This document shows positions 10,394 through 20,415 of a stretch of 64,000 bases of DNA, piece after piece. Below the pieces are notes generated by a model. That model was not told the origin of the DNA, did not search any database, and saw only the letters and a list, made by a program, of their open reading frames with translations. Position 1 is the stretch's first letter; each line of letters starts with the position of its first letter. This DNA comes from a virus, in the IMG/VR virus record IMGVR_UViG_3300027759_000056, positions 32,001-96,000 of that record, one strand, 5' to 3'. Made by a program: the position numbers and the translations under genes.

Positions 10394-10642
10394 ATGAACA
10401 TTAAAACAATTGATATGGATACATTGATTGATATATTCAATCAATTGGCAAAACAAAAAAATGAGTTTACTGAACAAGATGCTGCTGGAGGTGAATCCGC
10501 TGGTTCATCATCAGGCGGTAAAGTTCCACCAAAATGGGCCGATACTTACACAATTGCAAGAGGACCTGCAAATATGTTAGGAAAACAAGGTGAAAAATGG
10601 GATACTGGTCTAAAAAGAGGTGCTGGTAATCAAATTTGGTAA
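10394..10642 (+). CDS. hypothetical protein
   Basis: Two W...RGxxN repeats; TATTTAT at 10383. Confidence 0.55.
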   Translation: MNIKTIDMDTLIDIFNQLAKQKNEFTEQDAAGGESAGSSSGGKVPPKWADTYTIARGPANMLGKQGEKWDTGLKRGAGNQIW

Positions 10643-10662
10643 TTAAAAGATATTTATAACTT

Positions 10663-11916
10663 ATGGAAAACATTTATGATATGAAATTATCCCAAAATGG
10701 TAAATATATTTTAGCCAATGGAATGGTGTATGACATATCATTAGACGAATCAGTTTCAATAAACGACTTATCGTTTGGTTTTTGGTTTGATTTTATTAAA
10801 GAAAATTCAATATCATCTTTATTCAATAAAACAAAAACAACATTAGAAATTCAAAAAATTTTAAGAGAAACGGTTTATAATATTTCTGAAATATTTGATA
10901 CTGATAGTAAATTGAATGTTTTGATTGAATATGAAACAAAATTTGGAAATAATTTATTGATTGAGAGTGAGGAAAATTTATCATCAAAAATCAATGAAAC
11001 TTTTGATTTTGTAAAATCAAAATTATTATCGTATGGAATTTTAAGTGAACAAAGTTGGTGGGATAAGACTAAAAATTTTGTATCATCAACCGCAAAAAAA
11101 GTTAGTGATAAAATTTCAGGGGCTTGGAATTGGGTAAAAGAAAAAGGTGCTGGATGGTTCTTTGAGAACTTAAGAAGTGCATTGTTTAGTTGGGGTGGAG
11201 CTGCGGTTCAGGCGTTTTTATCTTCAGGGGCAACTGCTGGAATTGGAAATGTTGTTTTGGTTATAGTTTGGGGAGCAATGTTGGCTTATGACCTTTATTT
11301 GGCTGTAGGTGGAAATGTTAATTGGGTAAATTTAATTATTGATATAGTTGGTATTGCTACCACAGGACCTGGAGCCAAGATAGTTGGTGAGGCATTCAAA
11401 AAATTAGGTATTTTTGGAAAAAAACTTCCTTTAAATTCTATATTAGAAACCCTTTCAAAATCATCAATTGGTAAATGGTTTGTTGGTATTATTGAAATGG
11501 CGGTAAAAGGACTTTCAGGAATTGCTAATACATTAACTAAAGGAATTACGTGGTTAGCTGAAAAATTTGGAATTAATTTTACAAATAGTTCAGGTCAATT
11601 ACAAACATTTTTGAATAAAGCGGTTACTGATATATCATCAAGTCCTACTCTTAAAACAGTCGCGGGTAAAGTTGGACAAAAAGCCGGTAAGACATTAGTA
11701 AAAAATGTTGCATCTAAAGTTGGTAAAGCAGCATCAACAAAAGTTGGTCAAACTGCGGTGGCTGGAGGAGCCACATATGGAATAAACAAAAAAACGGGAG
11801 CAAACACTGAGGTACTTGGTGGAGCATTCAAAGATAAACCAAATCAAGAACAAGAACTATACGCATCTCTTGGTAATGTAAAATCAAGTGATTTTGTAGA
11901 TGGAGTTGATTTTTAA
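10663..11916 (+). CDS. probable virion/ejection protein with hydrophobic segments
   Basis: LSEQ-type sites followed by Gly/Ala-rich hydrophobic helices; TATTTAT at 10651. Confidence 0.5.
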   Translation: MENIYDMKLSQNGKYILANGMVYDISLDESVSINDLSFGFWFDFIKENSISSLFNKTKTTLEIQKILRETVYNISEIFDTDSKLNVLIEYETKFGNNLLIESEENLSSKINETFDFVKSKLLSYGILSEQSWWDKTKNFVSSTAKKVSDKISGAWNWVKEKGAGWFFENLRSALFSWGGAAVQAFLSSGATAGIGNVVLVIVWGAMLAYDLYLAVGGNVNWVNLIIDIVGIATTGPGAKIVGEAFKKLGIFGKKLPLNSILETLSKSSIGKWFVGIIEMAVKGLSGIANTLTKGITWLAEKFGINFTNSSGQLQTFLNKAVTDISSSPTLKTVAGKVGQKAGKTLVKNVASKVGKAASTKVGQTAVAGGATYGINKKTGANTEVLGGAFKDKPNQEQELYASLGNVKSSDFVDGVDF

Positions 11917-11921
11917 TATAT

Positions 11922-14042
11922 ATGAAAAACGAAATACTAAATGAAGGACAATTAGCTTTGGAAAAAGCACTTTTGATGATGAAATATGATTCAAAAGATA
12001 CTCTAAGTGAAAATTTAGAAAAAATAAATTTAAGTGAACAAGTTCAATCATTACTTGGAGCGGCTGAACGTGGATTAAGTAATGCTGCTGCAACTGAGAT
12101 TAAAACTGTTTTACAAAATCTTAGAAAACCACTACAAACTATTGATGGAGTTGTTTTATCAAATGGTGACGATGTGGTAAAGGCATTAAAGGCTGGTAAA
12201 CTTGCCGATGATGGTATCAGAAGTATTAGAACTGCACTTTTGAAAAGTACGACTAACCCAAAAATAAGAACAAAATTAATTGATTCATTATTGGAGAACC
12301 CACAAGTTCTTTCAAAATATGCAGGAAAAACTGAAAATCAAATTAAAGCGGCTTTTAAGAAATTGGGTTATAGTGATGAAGCAGCACTTGAAACCGCAAC
12401 AAAAATAGTAAACAAAAGTGCTGGTGGAGTTGGAGCTGGGGCTGGAGCCGCAGCAAATACCACGGTTAACGCATCAAAATTAGCATCACTTTATTCAAGT
12501 GTAAAAGGGTTAAAATGGAAAGGTCTTCCAAGAATTGTAAGATGGGGTTTAACAGGTGCTGGGTTATATGCGGCATATAGATATTTTATCCATGAAGAAG
12601 AATTGTTTCCACAATGTTTAGAAAAGAAAATACCTGATAATTTATTATCAGATGCCTTAAAAAACAAAAGTGTGATTATTAAGTCTACAGGTAATAGACA
12701 AATTGATACTTTAGGTGGTTTGAAATTTTATTTAGATTCAAACAAAGTATCATCTGTTAATGGTTCTTATACTGGTACGTATAGTTGTGATGGTGATAAT
12801 TTAATGAGTGATATTGGTGGAAGTGAATTTATTGTTACCGGTTCAGTAGTTGGTTCAGGTTTAGCTTCCGCAGCAGCACCCGCAACAGCTTCCGCAGCAG
12901 CACCCGCAACAGCTTCCGCAGCAGCACCCGCAACAAAAGTGGCCCCAATTACTGATACAAAATTATTAAATACGTTAAAATTCGATTATGAGTTTCCGGG
13001 TGATAAAGGATACACATACGCATTTGTTCCAACAGTAACTGAAGATACCTCAACTCAAAGTGGAACATGGTATGCTAAAAGTAACAAAACGGGTAAAGTA
13101 TTCGATATTACTAAAAACTATCCACAAACAGCTGAAAAATTAAATACACAATTTCCAAATGCGGCTACAACTGGAAGTCAAACAACTCAAACATCAAATG
13201 AGTCAAATAAAACAACAACCGCAGCTGATGACGTATCTTCAATACAAGGTAAAAAACTTGAGGTTCAGTCTGTGAGTCCTGATTTACAAACACCAAAAAA
13301 TATTAATTTAGCAACAACTATGAATCCAAATACAAATAATTCAGATAAAATTGGTCCTAAAACCGAAAGTCTAAAAAAATCATTAAAGAAAAATTTAATT
13401 GAAGCGAAAGAAAATAAAGAAAACTTAATGGTTGAAACAAATATAGTTGAAAAACGTTTTAACTTTATTGTTGAAGGTAAAACTTTTAATAATTTAGAAG
13501 ACCAAAATAATTTAGTTGAATCTGTAATTTCTGAAATAGGGTACTTAAAGAATCAAGGATATACCTCAAAAGCAATCAATGAAGGTTTATTCTCAATGTT
13601 AAGTAGTTTATTAGGTGGTGGAGCTCAAGCGGTACCAGCGGTATTTGGTGAATACATAGCAAATTGGATAACAGGTAAATTACAAATACCAAAAAATAGT
13701 TATATGAACGGTGTTATTGTCGCGTTGATTGGTAACTTGAATATTGCGGATTATGATAGATTCTTCAGTGATTGCAGATTCGCATCAAATAAAATTGCTG
13801 ACTCGTTAATTGAGGGTTATTTAGTTCAGTTACAAAATCAAAAGGATGTTAATTCAGGAGCTTCAGGATTTATTGTGTCGGCATTAAGAAACTCAGTTGT
13901 TGATTATTTTGCTGAAGATAAAAATTCATTAATACAAATATTAGAGGACAAAATTGGTGAATTCCTTTGTCCAAAACTATCAAAACTTTCAGGAATAATT
14001 GGTGATAAGGCCAATGAAATGAAAGCTAAAGTGGTAGCATAA
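11922..14042 (+). CDS. large probable virion protein
   Basis: N-terminal ILNE...LMMKYD...LSEN/LSEQ motif, internal ASAAAPAT repeats, helical C-terminus. Confidence 0.5.
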   Translation: MKNEILNEGQLALEKALLMMKYDSKDTLSENLEKINLSEQVQSLLGAAERGLSNAAATEIKTVLQNLRKPLQTIDGVVLSNGDDVVKALKAGKLADDGIRSIRTALLKSTTNPKIRTKLIDSLLENPQVLSKYAGKTENQIKAAFKKLGYSDEAALETATKIVNKSAGGVGAGAGAAANTTVNASKLASLYSSVKGLKWKGLPRIVRWGLTGAGLYAAYRYFIHEEELFPQCLEKKIPDNLLSDALKNKSVIIKSTGNRQIDTLGGLKFYLDSNKVSSVNGSYTGTYSCDGDNLMSDIGGSEFIVTGSVVGSGLASAAAPATASAAAPATASAAAPATKVAPITDTKLLNTLKFDYEFPGDKGYTYAFVPTVTEDTSTQSGTWYAKSNKTGKVFDITKNYPQTAEKLNTQFPNAATTGSQTTQTSNESNKTTTAADDVSSIQGKKLEVQSVSPDLQTPKNINLATTMNPNTNNSDKIGPKTESLKKSLKKNLIEAKENKENLMVETNIVEKRFNFIVEGKTFNNLEDQNNLVESVISEIGYLKNQGYTSKAINEGLFSMLSSLLGGGAQAVPAVFGEYIANWITGKLQIPKNSYMNGVIVALIGNLNIADYDRFFSDCRFASNKIADSLIEGYLVQLQNQKDVNSGASGFIVSALRNSVVDYFAEDKNSLIQILEDKIGEFLCPKLSKLSGIIGDKANEMKAKVVA
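12863..12934 (+). repeat. 3 x 24-bp perfect tandem repeat (ASAAAPAT)
   Basis: AGCTTCCGCAGCAGCACCCGCAAC x3. Confidence 0.9.
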
Positions 14043-14106
14043 GAGATTTCCAAGGTAAGACTTGTAAATATAAATCACTTAATCAAAAGGGGGTGTTTTC
14101 AAAACC

Positions 14107-14133
14107 AAAGGGTTCCGTAAGGAACCCTTTTTT
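14107..14133. terminator. bidirectional intrinsic terminator between convergent genes
   Basis: AAAGGGTTCC-GTAA-GGAACCCTTTTTT. Confidence 0.8.
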
Positions 14134-14138
14134 GTTGG

Positions 14139-14816
14139 TTATTTTTTCTCTTTTCTAACTACAATCTCATCAATAATTCCGTATTCTAATGCATCATTTG
14201 CACTTAACCACAAATCACGACTTGAGTCTTTCATAACTTGTTTTGCTGTTTTACCACAATACCCACCTAACAAATCAAAAAGAATTTGGTTAATTTTTTT
14301 CCACTCAACCATATCAATTTCTGCGTCTTGAATGTTTCCACGGAACCCACCTGAAGATTGGTGTAACATTGTTCTTGAAAACCTCAAAGATGAACGTTTA
14401 CCTTTGGTACCAGCACCTAATAATACTGAACCCATTGACGCTGCCATACCAGTGTTAACTGTACGAATATCACAACGTATATAATCCATAACATCAACCA
14501 TAGACAAACCTGACTTTACTGAACCACCAGGACTGTCAATATGCATTGTAATGTCTGAACCTTCAACAGAATCCAAATACATTAACTGTGCTTGAACTAC
14601 CGTTGACATATTATCATCAACAGGTCCCGCAACCCATAATAATCTTTCCCTCATTAAACGAGAAAAGATATCCATTTGGGTAACCCTCATTTCTCTTTCT
14701 TCAAGAATGTAGGGTGTCATCGAATTCTCAATTCGTTGATTGTAATAATGTAAATCTAATGAACCTTTACCAAGATGCTTGGTGTAGTAACTTTGAAACT
14801 CTTTTGTAGTATCCAT
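14139..14816 (-). CDS. clpP: ATP-dependent Clp protease proteolytic subunit
   Basis: DIFSRLMRER, DSPGGSV, GMAASMGS (catalytic Ser), MLHQ, DLWLSA..ALEYGIID. Confidence 0.95.
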   Translation of the reverse strand: MDTTKEFQSYYTKHLGKGSLDLHYYNQRIENSMTPYILEEREMRVTQMDIFSRLMRERLLWVAGPVDDNMSTVVQAQLMYLDSVEGSDITMHIDSPGGSVKSGLSMVDVMDYIRCDIRTVNTGMAASMGSVLLGAGTKGKRSSLRFSRTMLHQSSGGFRGNIQDAEIDMVEWKKINQILFDLLGGYCGKTAKQVMKDSSRDLWLSANDALEYGIIDEIVVRKEKK

Positions 14817-14837
14817 ATTTTATTTTGTATAATTTAG

Positions 14838-14922
14838 TACCGATGGCCGGAGTCGAACCGGCACGGACCTTACAGTCCACAGGATTTTAAGTCCTGCGTG
14901 GCTACCTTTTCACCACATCGGC
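14838..14922 (-). tRNA. tRNA-Leu(TAA)
   Basis: GCCGATG/CATCGGT acceptor, CAGGA-CTTAAAA-TCCTG arm, long variable arm. Confidence 0.92.
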
Positions 14923-14954
14923 ATTGTTATACAAATATAAGAACTATTTTTTAA

Positions 14955-15446
14955 TTAAACAAATGATTGTTTGTAATCAGACCACAATACTTCAACTTCT
15001 GAACTTATAATAGATGAAAAAACAGTTGGTTCATAAACTCTGTATCTCATTTTCATATTTGCTTCTTCAGGTGTCTTGTTGGCCTTTTTCAAATTACAAG
15101 AAGAACAACATGTTACCAAGTTAGTCCAACTGTTTTTTCCATCACGTGAACGAGGTATGATATGGTCAATTGTTAAATTTTTTTCACTTCCACAATAAAC
15201 ACATTGGTTGTTATCTCTTTTATAGATACGTTTTCTATTTAACCTAACACCTCGTGTTTTAAATCTAACATATGACAATAAACGAATTATTAATGGTTTA
15301 ACATAATTTTTAACTGATGATGATATTTTTTGAGAGTCTTGTTTTAAAACCTCAGCCTTTCCTTTTATGACCAATACAAATCCCTTACGAACCGAAGTTA
15401 CGTTCAAAGGTGTGTAGTCTGAGTTTAATACTAATACTTTATCCAT
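14955..15446 (-). CDS. HNH endonuclease (McrA-like)
   Basis: VLVLNSDYTPL; RDNNQCVYCG, TIDHIIPRSRDG, WTNLVTCCSSCNLKK; probable ATG 15446. Confidence 0.88.
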   Translation of the reverse strand: MDKVLVLNSDYTPLNVTSVRKGFVLVIKGKAEVLKQDSQKISSSVKNYVKPLIIRLLSYVRFKTRGVRLNRKRIYKRDNNQCVYCGSEKNLTIDHIIPRSRDGKNSWTNLVTCCSSCNLKKANKTPEEANMKMRYRVYEPTVFSSIISSEVEVLWSDYKQSFV

Positions 15447-15482
15447 TTCAATATGTTTTACAAATTTACAAAATTTATGTGT

Positions 15483-15509
15483 AAAAAAAAAGTCCTGATT
15501 TCTCAGGAC
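15483..15509 (-). terminator. intrinsic terminator, possibly regulated
   Basis: Minus strand GTCCTGA-GAAA-TCAGGAC-T9. Confidence 0.8.
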
Positions 15510-15526
15510 CCTTCTAAACACGTTTA

Positions 15527-15622
15527 TTATCTTTTTCGGCGTTTCAAAAGGGTCATAGGTTTATCAAACAATAACGATGGCGTACCGTTAAGATACACAA
15601 TCTCTGTTTGCCCAATATTCAT
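15527..15622 (-). CDS. putative 31-aa leader peptide MNIGQTEIVYLNGTPSLLFDKPMTLLKRRKR
   Basis: Short ORF between a TATTTAT motif and a terminator; its GACCCTTTTGAAAC segment pairs with GTTTAGAAGGGTC, which overlaps the terminator 5' arm. Confidence 0.5.
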   Translation of the reverse strand: MNIGQTEIVYLNGTPSLLFDKPMTLLKRRKR

Positions 15623-15697
15623 TGCCGTACAATTCATCTACACATAAATAGGTGTAAATGTTGAAAAAGTCAAATATTTTGTTTATCTTTCTATCAT

Positions 15698-16051
15698 ATG
15701 AATATTAACTTAAAGTATTTTCTACTAACTTGTTTGTTTTTTTTATTAGGTCAAACTGGTGTGTGGTTCCAACTAAATGCACAATTTATGTGGGATTGGG
15801 CAAAAAAGAATCCATTGGCTATGTCGTTTGTTGGTGTGCCGTTCACATATCTTTTTATATTAGCCACAGGTTATGGTGAAAAAGCATTTATGGGATTAAT
15901 GTGGCCACAAAGATTTTTAGGATTCTCAATTGGTATTGTAATCTACGCAATTTTAACATATTTTTTCTTAAACCAAGGTATGACACCTAAAACATGGGTT
16001 AGTTTGACTTTGGCAATTATGATTATTATAATTCAAGTAATATTTAATTAA
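15698..16051 (+). CDS. small 4-TM membrane protein (DMT/SMR-like)
   Basis: Four hydrophobic helices. Confidence 0.55.
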   Translation: MNINLKYFLLTCLFFLLGQTGVWFQLNAQFMWDWAKKNPLAMSFVGVPFTYLFILATGYGEKAFMGLMWPQRFLGFSIGIVIYAILTYFFLNQGMTPKTWVSLTLAIMIIIIQVIFN

Positions 16052-16055
16052 AGTT

Positions 16056-16235
16056 ATGGCATATTGTATTGTAAAATTGATGAAAACTAATAATGGTGTT
16101 GAAATACCTGTTATATTATTGGATAACCACGATGAGGTTTGGGAATTTGATGATGTGGATATTGCCATTAAAATGTCTGAAATTTTAACAAAGAATTCTG
16201 ATTCGGGATATAGATATTTCGTAAAGAAAGTTTAA
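16056..16235 (+). CDS. 59-aa hypothetical protein not in the ORF track
   Basis: MAYCIVKLMKTNNGVEIPVILLDNHDEVWEFDDVDIAIKMSEILTKNSDSGYRYFVKKV*. Confidence 0.55.
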   Translation: MAYCIVKLMKTNNGVEIPVILLDNHDEVWEFDDVDIAIKMSEILTKNSDSGYRYFVKKV

Positions 16236-16253
16236 CTTTGTGAAATAATAAAT

Positions 16254-16327
16254 GCCTTCGTAGCTCAGCTGGATAGAGCAACTGCCTTCTAAGCAGTAGG
16301 TCACAGGTTCGAATCCTGTCGGGGGTA
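16254..16327 (+). tRNA. tRNA-Arg(TCT)
   Basis: ACTGC-CTTCTAA-GCAGT arm, canonical D and T arms; TAACTTTG promoter just upstream. Confidence 0.93.
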
Positions 16328-16462
16328 CAAAATGAAATTTTGGAATAAAGACGAATGGCAAGGTAGGTCCAAAGAACAAGTGGAAAGCTATTATAGAAAT
16401 ATTGGTACCGTAACAACAATTGCGGTTTTATCATTTTGTTTGGTAAGTTTTATCATTTCAAT

Positions 16463-16816
16463 ATGGCACATCCTTTAATTCACGCAAAATCTTCTGCTAA
16501 AAAGTTTGGTGGAAAATTTGAAGATTACATTCATTTACACGATTGGTTAGATGAAACAAAGGCATGGGTGGGACATTCAAATCATAGAATGTTTCGTCAT
16601 CACTCAGAAGGTATTTTTGAGATGGAAAAAATATTTGGTAAATCATTTATTAATAGCGATGGTAAAACAGTTTACACCAGATATGTTGGTGAACAACACA
16701 TAAAAGAAGATTGTTTTAATTACATCCCAACAGCAAAAGATTGGATTGATGCTTTACAGGCTGAAAAGAAACCAATGTGGATGATAAGAACATTGGACCT
16801 CAAAGTTGATGATTGA
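16463..16816 (+). CDS. His-rich DUF6915-like protein
   Basis: MAHPLIHAKSSAKKFGG..DY..LHDWLDETK..HRMFRHHSEGIF..GEQHIKED. Confidence 0.7.
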   Translation: MAHPLIHAKSSAKKFGGKFEDYIHLHDWLDETKAWVGHSNHRMFRHHSEGIFEMEKIFGKSFINSDGKTVYTRYVGEQHIKEDCFNYIPTAKDWIDALQAEKKPMWMIRTLDLKVDD

Positions 16817-17502
16817 TATTTATTATTATGACTCCCAAACAAAAATCAATTTTTGAATTAGTTAGTAAATACGCATCTTCTCGTGGTTGTGAGTATCTTG
16901 AGATGGATGTTGACCCTTGGAATTTCACACCATATAACGGTAGAAATTTTGGTTGTGGAACTGAAAGACATGAAAATCCGCAAAAATTACCATTTGACAT
17001 AAGTGATATGATTACAGAATATGTTGGTGAAAATGCTTCAGATATTGATGAAGATAATTTGAGTGGGTTAAGTTTTAGATTATATCCCCAAACAAGGACA
17101 ATTACTATTAGTGGAACTTATCAAGAAGTTGTTGACGGACCTTTAGATGAAACTGAAAAAAGTGAAGAAGATGATGAAATTCTAAAAGAGATTATGGATT
17201 ATCTTAAAAACGAAGACATATATCCATTTGCGGAAGTTGAGTTTAGTGGTGCTGGTGATGATGGATATATTGAAGATAACTTATATGTTGATGCAGGTTC
17301 AAAACCACAAAGAAAAGTAGGTGATGTTCCAGGGTTAGAGGATTATTTATATGACATGTTAAATGTGTATGGTGGTTGGATGAATGATGAAGGTTCTTTT
17401 GGAAATTTCATGATTGACTCAAGAGCGGGTACAATTACATTAAAATTTACTTGGAATGAATATGCGTATGAAGATGTTGTATTCCATCAAGAAGAATTTT
17501 AA
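16813..17502 (+). CDS. DUF6878-like protein
   Basis: VEFSGAGDDGYIE and GWMNDEGSFG motifs; adjacent to the DUF6915-like gene. Confidence 0.55.
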   Translation: MIFIIMTPKQKSIFELVSKYASSRGCEYLEMDVDPWNFTPYNGRNFGCGTERHENPQKLPFDISDMITEYVGENASDIDEDNLSGLSFRLYPQTRTITISGTYQEVVDGPLDETEKSEEDDEILKEIMDYLKNEDIYPFAEVEFSGAGDDGYIEDNLYVDAGSKPQRKVGDVPGLEDYLYDMLNVYGGWMNDEGSFGNFMIDSRAGTITLKFTWNEYAYEDVVFHQEEF

Positions 17503-17505
17503 CCT

Positions 17506-18132
17506 ATGTCAGTTCTAAACCACAACATACCAAGTTTTAAGGCTTTAGTCCGCAAATCACATTTTACAAAAAACGAATCTGATTTTGAAACATTCTTAAA
17601 TGTTTATTGTTTTGGAATTCAATCTGTTAATGGAAAGATTTTAACTTTTCATGTTATGACAGATGATGGTATGGTAAGAAGTCGTGTACCAATGTCAGAA
17701 ATATTCACAAAACCCCCCACCAATGATATTCCTTTTCATTTCAAACAATTATGGGATTGTTTTTCAGAAAATGTTAGTGTTATAGAATATGATTTTCTTA
17801 AGGGTCATAAAGTTCAAGTTGCCTTAAGAGACGGTAATAAAGTTTGGGGGACCTATATGTTTACTGTGGATTGGTATAACAATCCGTTTAGTGATGAGCC
17901 GTCAGATTATAAGTGTGGACACATCTTCAGTGCTGATGATGGTTACTTGATGTGTCAACCAAATAACAGAATATTTTGGAAAGATTCAAATTGGGTTACC
18001 AAGGGGTTACCTGAAAACCTAAAACAATTCAAAGTAGATACCGAATTACCATCTGTAGAAAATGTTAGTGATAGATGGGTGTCTGAAGATTCCGATAGTT
18101 TTTATTACGATATTTCTTTGATTAAAGAATAA
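17506..18132 (+). CDS. conserved phage hypothetical protein
   Basis: LNHNIP...QLWDCFS...YMFTVDW...QPNNRI. Confidence 0.65.
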   Translation: MSVLNHNIPSFKALVRKSHFTKNESDFETFLNVYCFGIQSVNGKILTFHVMTDDGMVRSRVPMSEIFTKPPTNDIPFHFKQLWDCFSENVSVIEYDFLKGHKVQVALRDGNKVWGTYMFTVDWYNNPFSDEPSDYKCGHIFSADDGYLMCQPNNRIFWKDSNWVTKGLPENLKQFKVDTELPSVENVSDRWVSEDSDSFYYDISLIKE

Positions 18133-18151
18133 TCTTCATTACCTTTGCTTT

Positions 18152-18715
18152 ATGAAAGTTATATTTTTGGACCACGATGGTGTTATATGTCTATCTGACA
18201 ATTGGGGTAATCGTTTCAAAAAACAAAAAGAGTGGGGCGGTCGTAAATTATCTATGGGTTTGAATGAAATCCCGTTGGAGTATCGTTTTGACAATTTTGA
18301 TAAAAAAGCGATTAAAGTACTTAATGAAATCTTAGAGGAAACAGATGCCGAAATTGTTGTGTCTTCAGATTGGAAGAAATGGGCAACAGTTGAAGAGATG
18401 GGAGAATATTACGAATCACAGGGTATTATCAAAAAACCAATTGCGTTTACTGACTCTATTTTATATGATGACTATGAGAATTTTCCATGGCATAACAAAT
18501 GGGAGTCAGAACAAACTCGTAGTTTGGAGATTGCACAATATCTTGGTCAGAATCCTGTAATTACACATTGGGTGGCAATAGATGATTTGAATATGTCATT
18601 GAGAGAGATAGATGATACATCTTGGGGATTGAAGAACTTTGTATTAACTCCTGTAAATAATGAAGGGATTAAACAAACGGGTATAAAAGAAAAAGTATTG
18701 GAATATTTATTATAA
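18152..18715 (+). CDS. HAD-superfamily phosphatase (Swiss-Army-Knife RNA-repair type)
   Basis: IFLDHDGV, IVVSSDW, WVAIDD motifs. Confidence 0.8.
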   Translation: MKVIFLDHDGVICLSDNWGNRFKKQKEWGGRKLSMGLNEIPLEYRFDNFDKKAIKVLNEILEETDAEIVVSSDWKKWATVEEMGEYYESQGIIKKPIAFTDSILYDDYENFPWHNKWESEQTRSLEIAQYLGQNPVITHWVAIDDLNMSLREIDDTSWGLKNFVLTPVNNEGIKQTGIKEKVLEYLL

Positions 18716-19972
18716 ATGAGAAAAGTTTCTAAACAAAACATTAAAGAAGCTGTTGGTGTTCCAGCAAACATTGAAGTTGCATCACAGAATTTATATAATG
18801 ACATTGCAAAAAAATTAAAGAATAAAGAAATTGGTCCTGAGGATGTTGTTAAATTCAAATTTATTAACAAAGATGGTAGATATTCATTTGGAGATTTTAA
18901 TCCAAATTTTATAACCGCTGAGTTCGGTTTAGGTACTTATTCTGGTGATGCCATAGATAATAGTACCGGAAATAAAATAACGGGTGGGTTGGTTCACAGT
19001 ATGGGATTTTCAAAACAATCAAAATTAAATGATGTATTTGATTTGGTTAGTGTGGATGATGATGGTGGTATTGAATTAAATATTGATTATGCTCAACCTA
19101 ATGATGATGAAGAGTGGTCAGGGAATAAAATTTTGGACACAATGGAAAAAAACAAGTCCAATAGTATATCATCATTGGGGCATGAATTAAAACATGCTTA
19201 CGACAACTACAAAAAGCCGGTAGAAAAATTGGTTGATAGAAGCAATTATGCTGGATTTCAAAGGTCAAGGTCAGGAGTACGACCAATGGACCAATTTATG
19301 TTCAATATGTATTTTATAAATCAAATTGAAAATTTGGTTAGACCAACTGAATCATATGTTGAAATGGTTTCTGATGGTGTTGTAACAAAAGAACAATTCT
19401 TAAAGTTTTTGTTAAATTCAAAAACATATAAAACTTTGGTGCAAATACGTGACAGTTCATTTGATAATTTGGTTGAAGACTTAAAAGGTTACGAAACTGA
19501 AATTGATGATTACTTAAATAACACAGTTGATGATTATGATTCATCTTCATTAGACATTGATGATAAGGTAAAATACTTTCTAAAAGTATTTGCATTCGTA
19601 ACAGCACAAAAGGTTCACGAAGTAAGAAAACAAATGGTTTCTCCAAATATTTTTCAAATGTTATTTAGTAGTAGTTTATTTGGTGGTAATGATGAGGCTG
19701 ATAAATTTTTAGAAAGTACTTTAGGTGATTTAACCAAAATGATGGACAATCCAAATAAGTTTTACTACACTTCAATTGAAAACATGAAAAAAATTGCAAT
19801 TAAAATGATGAAAAAATTGTCAAAACTATACTCTTTAATTAACAAAGACAAAACAATCACTGTTGAAACAAGAGACCCTATGAGTTTTGAGATGGACCAA
19901 TTGATGAGAAAAACTCAAAAACCAAGAAAGATTGATACCAAGTTGGATGAAAGATTTACCAAAAAAAAATAA
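18716..19972 (+). CDS. probable virion protein with HExxH zincin motif
   Basis: LGHELKHAYD; N-terminal IKEAVGVP; TATTTAT upstream. Confidence 0.55.
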   Translation: MRKVSKQNIKEAVGVPANIEVASQNLYNDIAKKLKNKEIGPEDVVKFKFINKDGRYSFGDFNPNFITAEFGLGTYSGDAIDNSTGNKITGGLVHSMGFSKQSKLNDVFDLVSVDDDGGIELNIDYAQPNDDEEWSGNKILDTMEKNKSNSISSLGHELKHAYDNYKKPVEKLVDRSNYAGFQRSRSGVRPMDQFMFNMYFINQIENLVRPTESYVEMVSDGVVTKEQFLKFLLNSKTYKTLVQIRDSSFDNLVEDLKGYETEIDDYLNNTVDDYDSSSLDIDDKVKYFLKVFAFVTAQKVHEVRKQMVSPNIFQMLFSSSLFGGNDEADKFLESTLGDLTKMMDNPNKFYYTSIENMKKIAIKMMKKLSKLYSLINKDKTITVETRDPMSFEMDQLMRKTQKPRKIDTKLDERFTKKK

Positions 19973-19973
19973 T

Positions 19974-20210
19974 ATGATTACAATGGAAGACTTAAAAGAT
20001 TTTGACTTCACAAATGATAGTAAGGTTGAATTTATGACCAAACCAGGTTTTGTAGAAAAACGTATTCAACAAATGATTCAAATTGGTGCGAATGAAGAGT
20101 ATGAAAAATACAGTGAAGGAATGAGTGATGATGACATTGCAAAATGGAAAGAAGGGTTTGTAGTCGGAGCAAACTGGTTATTAAAAAATAAAAACGAAAA
20201 AAATATTTGA
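19974..20210 (+). CDS. small hypothetical protein
   Basis: ORF following 18716..19972. Confidence 0.45.
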   Translation: MITMEDLKDFDFTNDSKVEFMTKPGFVEKRIQQMIQIGANEEYEKYSEGMSDDDIAKWKEGFVVGANWLLKNKNEKNI

Positions 20211-20250
20211 CATATCAATAAACTTTTGTATCTTTGTACCATATTTAATA
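20206..20250 (+). promoter_or_regulatory. Bacteroidota-type promoter (TTTG...TATCTTTG) plus ATATTTAATA late-like motif, driving leader 1 and tRNA array 1
   Basis: TTTG 20206-20209, TATCTTTG 20229-20236, ATATTTAATA 20241-20250. Confidence 0.7.
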
Positions 20251-20259
20251 CTAAACACA

Positions 20260-20355
20260 ATGAAACTCGTAAATAAACAAATCGTGAAACATGTCATTCA
20301 ATTCTGTTCGAATTGGTATCTTCGCGTATTCGTAAGTTCGGGTGTTTTAAGTTAA
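20260..20355 (+). CDS. leader peptide 1, MKLVNKQIVKHVIQFCSNWYLRVFVSSGVLS (attenuator of tRNA array 1)
   Basis: 31-codon ORF between promoter and terminator; contains all 13 amino acids of the downstream tRNAs; AGTTCGGGT (20335-20343) is complementary to the terminator 5' arm. Confidence 0.8.
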   Translation: MKLVNKQIVKHVIQFCSNWYLRVFVSSGVLS

Positions 20356-20376
20356 CACATAGTAGCCTTAAAAAGG

Positions 20377-20407
20377 AAACCCGAACTCACAAGGTTCGGG
20401 TTTTTTT
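20377..20407 (+). terminator. attenuator terminator upstream of tRNA array 1
   Basis: AAACCCGAAC-TCACAAG-GTTCGGGTTTTTTT. Confidence 0.88.
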
Positions 20408-20415
20408 GTTTTTAA

